Assembly: GCA_964616225.1 (NCBI GenBank)
Contig: CAZTTE010000011.1
Span: 66,164-130,163, forward strand
Reading direction: 5' to 3'
Length of the DNA: 64,000 nucleotides
Origin: an uncultured Pseudohongiella sp.
GTDB lineage: Bacteria > Pseudomonadota > Gammaproteobacteria > Pseudomonadales > Pseudohongiellaceae
The position numbers and the translations under genes are program-made. Numbering within the stretch: the stretch's first letter is position 1; every line of letters starts with the position of its first letter. Below are positions 58,526 to 64,000 of this stretch, one piece after another. Under the pieces are notes generated by a model. That model was given only the letters and a program-made list of their open reading frames with translations, was not told the origin of the DNA and searched no databases.

Positions 58526-60439
58526 TCGCTTGCCGTATCGAGTACGATTGCCGTGTCGATTTATCAAATCGATTGCCAGCTCGGCACGTCCGTTTGCATA
58601 GTTGCTGCTATCCAATCCAATCGAAAACCCCAGACGAGGTGCATTCGGATCGGATGTGACGCCCATGGCACTAACCACATCGGGACGCTCCACTCCATAT
58701 TGTGCAGTTGCGACAATTTCATCGTTTATAACCAACTCGACGCGCTCGATGCCAACATCTTCATTGTATGCCCAGCCACTGATAGTGACATTGCCTTCGA
58801 GGATTGCGCCGGCCTCAGGAAAATCGATCCAGGCTCGGGGTGGAAACGGGCAGGGGGTCGCCCGATTCCCGGGAATAGTATTGCCGCCTAACAAATTATC
58901 AGCGCGATAAAAGCTGAATGATTTATCTTCGTTATAGAGCGTCAGCTTATCCACGAGTCCAATCTGATCAACATAGCCACACATCGCCAGCAATAGATCG
59001 TGTTTATCCGGAACGGTCAGCGTGCTGTCTTCATTAATATAAAGCACCGGCCTTCCTTCAATGCCGCTAAGCCCGGCTTCGTCTTTTTCCCACAGCTCGT
59101 ACTGGGCGAATCTACCATCCCTAACAGCTTTGTCCTGATCCAGTGTATAGACTTCCTGGGTTATACCGGCAAATTCCACTTGAGCCGCTGTATAGTAATT
59201 ATCGGTAACGATTACAGGAGTTGCTGTTGGAAATTCCCTTTCTAGCAGCGCGTTTGTGTGGGCTGAAAACTCATCCCAGCCGGCCATCTTGTTTGAAAGA
59301 ATTCCTGTCCCCAGGATCGATTGTAGTGGTATCTGAAAGGCCTGCGAGCCAACACCGATAAAGGCAATCACAGTTCCACAAAAGCCAATGACTGGTACAG
59401 ACTTAATAAGCTTTGCCGCCCTTGCCGAGTTCCATTTCTCACTCGCCCATTTAAAAGTATCTCTTAATGCTAAAGGAGCAAATACCAGTAAGGGCATGTA
59501 GCCGGATAATGGCCAGTGAATGCTGGTACTGGTTGCATCGGCCCATGGAGCGAGAATCAGGTAGACCAGCAGGTTAGTCAGGGCAAAGCTTAGCAATAGT
59601 GCCGCGCTTTGTTCTCCCTGCTTTGATTTCTTGTACATCAAGTAGGCGGTGAAAAGAAAAATGAGGTATAGCGGTGGGGTAGATAATCCCGCTTGTTTAA
59701 AAACATGCAGTAAACCACTAAATTGAAATTCCCAGGGATGGCGATCGACGAAGTAGAAACTTGCACTACTCAATTCATTGTTCAGGTTAAACCAGATGAT
59801 CGGTGCCAATCCGATGGAAGAAATTAGAATCGTTAACCAGAGTTTGGAATTTCTGAATTGAATCCTGGCGGGAGAATACAGACAGAGAAAAATAATTGCA
59901 GCAGCTGGATAGAGGAAAAATCGATAGTGAGTACAGAGACCCAAAGCAACTGCAACGCCCGTCGCCACCCAGTGCCTGGTTTCATTGCTGCGTAAGGCGC
60001 GGTCGAAAAATCCTATTGAGAGTAGGCCGAAGACTAAAAGTGGCACATCTGGAACAGCCAGTAACCCTAGAAATCCTGACAACGGCAAGCATAAGCTCAG
60101 TCCTGCCGCTTCAAGCGCCTGTTGCTTGCCGCTAATAGGTAATGCTAACCAGTAGATTAAAAAGGGAATGCCTGAACCCAGGAGTACGAATAACAACCTT
60201 GCTGTGAATGGGTTGCCAGGTTCCAGAGCAGAGCCGAGGCCTACCAGCAGCGATGTCATGAATGGGAGATCACTATAGGCTAGGGCAGGGTATGCAGATG
60301 CCTGCCAGTAAAACACTTCGTCACTGTAAAGATCGAGAACCGCGGCAAAAAAAAGCTTTAGCAGCAAGACGATTAGAAATGCGCTGGCCACGAGCCTGAA
60401 GACAGGCGTGGTAAAGACCTGTGCATCGGAATCTGACAA
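58505..60439 (-). CDS. ArnT/PMT-like (GT39/GT83-type) membrane glycosyltransferase with C-terminal periplasmic domain
   Basis: More than 10 TM helices. The first periplasmic loop LDLYSDEVFYWQAS matches the DE(A/V)YYW motif of ArnT-like enzymes. The soluble C-terminal domain is about 250 aa. Confidence 0.65.
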   Translation of the reverse strand: MSDSDAQVFTTPVFRLVASAFLIVLLLKLFFAAVLDLYSDEVFYWQASAYPALAYSDLPFMTSLLVGLGSALEPGNPFTARLLFVLLGSGIPFLIYWLALPISGKQQALEAAGLSLCLPLSGFLGLLAVPDVPLLVFGLLSIGFFDRALRSNETRHWVATGVAVALGLCTHYRFFLYPAAAIIFLCLYSPARIQFRNSKLWLTILISSIGLAPIIWFNLNNELSSASFYFVDRHPWEFQFSGLLHVFKQAGLSTPPLYLIFLFTAYLMYKKSKQGEQSAALLLSFALTNLLVYLILAPWADATSTSIHWPLSGYMPLLVFAPLALRDTFKWASEKWNSARAAKLIKSVPVIGFCGTVIAFIGVGSQAFQIPLQSILGTGILSNKMAGWDEFSAHTNALLEREFPTATPVIVTDNYYTAAQVEFAGITQEVYTLDQDKAVRDGRFAQYELWEKDEAGLSGIEGRPVLYINEDSTLTVPDKHDLLLAMCGYVDQIGLVDKLTLYNEDKSFSFYRADNLLGGNTIPGNRATPCPFPPRAWIDFPEAGAILEGNVTISGWAYNEDVGIERVELVINDEIVATAQYGVERPDVVSAMGVTSDPNAPRLGFSIGLDSSNYANGRAELAIDLINRHGNRTRYGKRSIRISN

Positions 60440-60453
60440 AGTTTTTACTCCGT

Positions 60454-62574
60454 CTAAACTTGAACAGCCTGGATTAAGTTCTTGGGTACCATCTTACTGG
60501 ATAATTTCTTTAAGTTAAGAATAAATAGCGCCAGGATAGATAACATGGCGGCAATCCAGATAGAGGAGAACACAGGATTAACGGAGAAAGTACCAATCTG
60601 GTAAATGACAGTTGCAGTAATATAAGCAAGACCGGTACACCAGCTAAATACCAATAGCGTCCAGCGCCAGCCGGCTTCTTTATTGACAGCGCCTAGCACA
60701 GCAACACAGGGTGCATATAAAAGAATGAAGACCAGGTAACAAAACGCCGCGAATGGGCCGGAGAAGAGGGAAGCCATATTGGTTAGAGTGCTGCTGTTTA
60801 CTTCCTGTTCTTCAGCCACGGCTTCGGCATCAGAAACATCACCAATCGAGATTCCCAATGGGTCTACCAACGCGCCACCTAATGCGGCTAGCTCGGCGCC
60901 TATGGTGCCAACGGCTTCGCTTGCGGCAGCTATTAAATCTGGAGGACTACCATCGCCTTCTTCCTCTGCCGGTTCGCTATACAAGGCATCGAGTGTGCCG
61001 ACAATAGCTTCCTTGGCGAACATTCCTGTAAACAATCCCACCGTTGCCGGCCAGTTTTCTTCTTCGATACCCAGTGGTGCAAAAGCTGGAGTAATCGACT
61101 TACCGATTACACTTAGCACAGAATTTTCTGAATCCTCGTTATTAAAACTGCCATCGGTACCGATTGAATTTAAAAAGCTCAGGGCAATCACGACTAAAAC
61201 AATGGTTTTACCGGCGCGAAAGATAAATCCCTTTAGACGAAACCAGGTCGTTAACAAAATGTTTCTAATGATTGGCGCATGATAGGCGGGCATTTCCTGG
61301 AATGAGGGTGTAATTTCTCCGGTGAACAATTGCTTGCGAAAAATCCAGCCAGTAAAAATTGCCAAACCAATACCGAGCAAGTACAGACCGAAAACTATGT
61401 TTTGCCCGTTTTCCTGAAAGAAGGCGGCAGCAAACAGGGCATAAACTGTAAGCCTCGCACCACAACTCATAAAAGGTGCCATGGAAATTGTCATCAGGCG
61501 ATCACTGTCCCGACCTAATGTACGGGTTGCCATTACCGCTGGCACATTACATCCAAAACCTACGATTAAAGGTACGAAGGCATTTCCTGGCAGGCCAATG
61601 CCACTCATCAGCCTGTCGATTACAAATGCCGCCCGTGACATGTAGCCGGAATCTTCCAGAAAAGATAAGCACAGATAAAGAAAACCAATCACCGGAATAA
61701 ACGTGGCCACCAGGGTTATTCCCCCGCCAAAACCTTGAGCAAGCAGGGTGATAATTACCGCCGGCATCGAGAGTTGTTCCAATAGCCAGGTAGTCCCGTC
61801 CACTAAAACGGCTGCGAACAGAATATCGAAGAAGTCGATAAAGACGGCACCAACGTTTACCGCGATGGTAAACATCAAATAGATCATTAACAGGAAAATT
61901 GGTACACCCAGCCATCGATTGAGAACAACAGCATCCAGGCGCTCAGACAAGCTGTGCTGAGTTGGACTTACTTCGACAACGCCATTCACAAGTTCCCGTG
62001 ATTGGTGATAGCGCTGCAGGATTTTATCCTGCAGTTCTTCTTTGCTTTCAATTTGCAGCTGGTTAATGCCTGATTCTGGATCAGTCATTAATGAAATTAG
62101 CGCCTGGTTTAGTTCCTCAATGCCTTTTTTACGTGAAGCGACAAGGGGGACAATGGGAATGTTTAAGCGCTCGGCTAATGCTTGAGGGGATACGGTCACT
62201 CCTTGCTGCTCGGCTACATCGAGCATATTGACCGCCACCACCATTGGAATGGATTTCTCCAGCAGTTGCTGCGTTAACACCAGGCTGCGTTCGAGATTAG
62301 TTGCGTCGACAATGTTGATGATAAGGCTGATATCACCCTGCTCAATAAAGTCGAAGGCAATCTCTTCATCGATGCCTCTGTGTTCCAGCTCCAGGGAATA
62401 AATTCCGGGAAGATCAATTAGCTCAACTTTTTCGCTGTTAATGGAAAAATAGCCAAATTTCTTCTCCACGGTAACGCCGGGCCAATTTCCAACTTTCTGG
62501 GTAGCGCCAGTGAAAATATTAAAGAGTGTGGTCTTGCCACAATTTGGATTACCTATGAGAGCAATTTTTCGCAT
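60454..62574 (-). CDS. feoB: ferrous iron transporter FeoB
   Basis: G-domain IALIGNPNCGKTTLFN...DLPGIYSL, followed by the polytopic membrane domain. Confidence 0.95.
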   Translation of the reverse strand: MRKIALIGNPNCGKTTLFNIFTGATQKVGNWPGVTVEKKFGYFSINSEKVELIDLPGIYSLELEHRGIDEEIAFDFIEQGDISLIINIVDATNLERSLVLTQQLLEKSIPMVVAVNMLDVAEQQGVTVSPQALAERLNIPIVPLVASRKKGIEELNQALISLMTDPESGINQLQIESKEELQDKILQRYHQSRELVNGVVEVSPTQHSLSERLDAVVLNRWLGVPIFLLMIYLMFTIAVNVGAVFIDFFDILFAAVLVDGTTWLLEQLSMPAVIITLLAQGFGGGITLVATFIPVIGFLYLCLSFLEDSGYMSRAAFVIDRLMSGIGLPGNAFVPLIVGFGCNVPAVMATRTLGRDSDRLMTISMAPFMSCGARLTVYALFAAAFFQENGQNIVFGLYLLGIGLAIFTGWIFRKQLFTGEITPSFQEMPAYHAPIIRNILLTTWFRLKGFIFRAGKTIVLVVIALSFLNSIGTDGSFNNEDSENSVLSVIGKSITPAFAPLGIEEENWPATVGLFTGMFAKEAIVGTLDALYSEPAEEEGDGSPPDLIAAASEAVGTIGAELAALGGALVDPLGISIGDVSDAEAVAEEQEVNSSTLTNMASLFSGPFAAFCYLVFILLYAPCVAVLGAVNKEAGWRWTLLVFSWCTGLAYITATVIYQIGTFSVNPVFSSIWIAAMLSILALFILNLKKLSSKMVPKNLIQAVQV

Positions 62575-62578
62575 GGTG

Positions 62579-62824
62579 CTACTGGATCTCTACCTTGATA
62601 ATGTCCGCTTCCGCTTTACGGATACTGATAAAACTAGCGCCAACTTTTACCTGCATGGGGTCACCCAGGGGGGCGAAACGCAGAATCTCAAGCGCAGAAC
62701 CCGGAATAACCCCCAGCGAGTAGAGTCGACTCCTCAATTCGGCGGGTTCTGATGCTATTTCGAGTACAACACAGCGATCTCCGCTATTAGCTGCTGACAG
62801 GGGAGTTTGACTCATGGCTCTCAA
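62579..62824 (-). CDS. feoA: ferrous iron transport protein FeoA
   Basis: An 81-aa SH3-like protein, LRSRLYSLGVIPGSALEILRFAPLGDPMQVKV, 4 nt upstream of feoB. Confidence 0.9.
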   Translation of the reverse strand: MRAMSQTPLSAANSGDRCVVLEIASEPAELRSRLYSLGVIPGSALEILRFAPLGDPMQVKVGASFISIRKAEADIIKVEIQ

Positions 62825-62900
62825 TAAAACTATTTAAAATCAATAAGATACTTCAAATAGAAGGGTTTGATTCGAGGGCTGTAAAGTAGCAGATTTAAAT

Positions 62901-62929
62901 CTAGTTGACAATCATTCTCATTTAGATTT
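62901..62929. promoter_or_regulatory. Fur-box-like operator overlapping a TTGACA -35 in the feoA / bfd divergent region
   Basis: 62901-62919 matches 12 of 19 positions of GATAATGATAATCATTATC, with core AATCATTCTC. TTGACA lies at 62905-62910. The 12-mer TCATTTAGATTT (62918-62929) recurs upstream of bfr. Confidence 0.5.
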
Positions 62930-62957
62930 AAAGTTACAATTACTTTGAGAGAGCATT

Positions 62958-63146
62958 ATGTACGTCTGTATTTGCCGACAAGTTACCGATCACCAAATCC
63001 GCGATATCTGCCGCGGCGGTGCTAGCAATTTCTCTGACGTCCAGGCCCAAACTGGCATTGCTAGTGAATGTGGTAAGTGCGGCAAGCTGGCCCAGACGAT
63101 CGTCAAGGAATTCAGCAAGTCTGCTCCCTACGTAAACGCCGCTTGA
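62958..63146 (+). CDS. bfd: bacterioferritin-associated ferredoxin
   Basis: MYVCICRQVTDHQIR...ECGKCG carries the four-Cys [2Fe-2S] pattern of Bfd. Confidence 0.9.
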   Translation: MYVCICRQVTDHQIRDICRGGASNFSDVQAQTGIASECGKCGKLAQTIVKEFSKSAPYVNAA

Positions 63147-63218
63147 TCATTTAATTTCCCTCACACACTATAAAGCTCGGCCCTGCCGCGGCTAGCTGAT
63201 CTGTTCTCAAATCGAAAT

Positions 63219-63241
63219 GGGATTGCTTATCATTTAGATTT
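63219..63241. promoter_or_regulatory. second Fur-box-like site upstream of bfr
   Basis: 63219-63237 matches 11 of 19 positions of the Fur consensus. It contains the same 12-mer TCATTTAGATTT (63230-63241) as the bfd/feoA site. Confidence 0.35.
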
Positions 63242-63346
63242 CTTTTGTATATCAATGACTTACGCAATTTTTTCCTTGACATGCCGACGCTAAAAAGGAA
63301 AATCTCTTCCATTATTTTTTTGTTATACCCTGCTGAGGAAAATTGA

Positions 63347-63814
63347 ATGCAAGCTACCGACCCTAAAGTCATCGAATTCTTAAACAAAGCCCTGGGCAAT
63401 GAGCTCGTTGCTATTAACCAGTACTTCCTGCATTCCCGTATGTTCGAAGACTGGGGACTGACCAAGCTGGCGGAAAAGGAGTACGAAGAATCCATCGATG
63501 AAATGAAACATGCCGATGAGCTCACCAAGCGCATCCTTTTTCTTGAGGGTCTGCCCAATTTGCAGGACCTGGGCAAGCTTATGATCGGCGAAAACGTCAA
63601 GGAGATGCTGGAATGTGATCTTCGCCTCGAGCACATGGCCTGTCCGGATCTAAAGGAAGGCATAGCTTATTGCGAATCCGTCGGAGACTACGTCAGCCGT
63701 AATCTCCTCTCTTCAATTCTTGACGCTGAAGAAGAACATATCGATTGGCTGGAAACCCAGCTCTCACTGATCGATCGGGTTGGCCTGGAGAATTATCAGC
63801 AGTCTATGCTGTGA
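63347..63814 (+). CDS. bfr: bacterioferritin
   Basis: [31 protein letters not shown]...[13 protein letters not shown]...[16 protein letters not shown]: ferroxidase-centre residues and the haem-ligand Met context. Confidence 0.95.
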   Translation: MQATDPKVIEFLNKALGNELVAINQYFLHSRMFEDWGLTKLAEKEYEESIDEMKHADELTKRILFLEGLPNLQDLGKLMIGENVKEMLECDLRLEHMACPDLKEGIAYCESVGDYVSRNLLSSILDAEEEHIDWLETQLSLIDRVGLENYQQSML

Positions 63815-63842
63815 TCTTCTGAGCTATTGACCCAACCATTAC

Positions 63843-63882
63843 AAAAGGTCAGTTATGTTTTCCTGATAACTGACCTTTTCTT
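63843..63882 (+). terminator. rho-independent terminator after bfr
   Basis: 14-bp stem AAAAGGTCAGTTAT / ATAACTGACCTTTT, whose right arm ends in TTTT, with a 9-nt loop. Confidence 0.75.
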
Positions 63883-64000
63883 CACAATCCCTACCCCTTG
63901 TCGATATCCTAAGTAAGCTTTTAGAAAAAGCCTTCGATCGTGGTCCATTTGCACAGGACGTAGGACAGGCCGGTTAGTTTTTTATGCACACATGTATCGA

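Noticed and set aside
63921-64000. A possible 3' end of a minus-strand gene entering from the right edge (...LTGLSYVLCKWTTIEGFF*).
   Set aside because: Only about 26 codons are visible. That is not enough to distinguish it from chance.

Overview
Gene-dense chromosomal segment, probably from a marine or aquatic Gammaproteobacterium; this is an inference from gene content (Na+-pumping oxaloacetate decarboxylase oadGAB, feoAB, bfd/bfr, periplasmic PQQ dehydrogenases, a DUF1592/DUF1552 pair). I saw no rRNA, tRNA, CRISPR array or prophage. The only mobile element is one IS6-family insertion sequence (39045-39833). The housekeeping backbone includes cysE, trmO, heme A synthase, acetoacetyl-CoA synthetase, murein hydrolases, a PIN-PhoH ATPase and iron uptake/storage genes. 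It is interleaved with an unusually high number of signal-peptide-bearing proteins of unknown function. The best candidates for undescribed biology are: (1) four monocistronic paralogues, in two subfamilies, of an unassigned secreted family ending in YEYACHEGNY; (2) a translationally coupled four-gene periplasmic module (DUF1592-type haem lipoprotein, Tat-exported DUF1552, Yx(FWY)xxD-repeat protein, orphan secreted protein) beside a stand-alone trihaem cytochrome c; (3) a 7-TM AraC-type regulator followed by an operon of two paralogous membrane proteins plus a 54-aa microprotein missing from the ORF track. The window also holds five decayed loci: a YcgR-like PilZ gene split by one in-frame TAG, with the RxxxR motif stranded between the stop and the next ATG; a multiply broken DUF2189 gene; a start-less C-terminal remnant; and a chimeric 7TMR-DISMED2 / ExeA-like scar. 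All family assignments come from motif reading and memory, not database searches.
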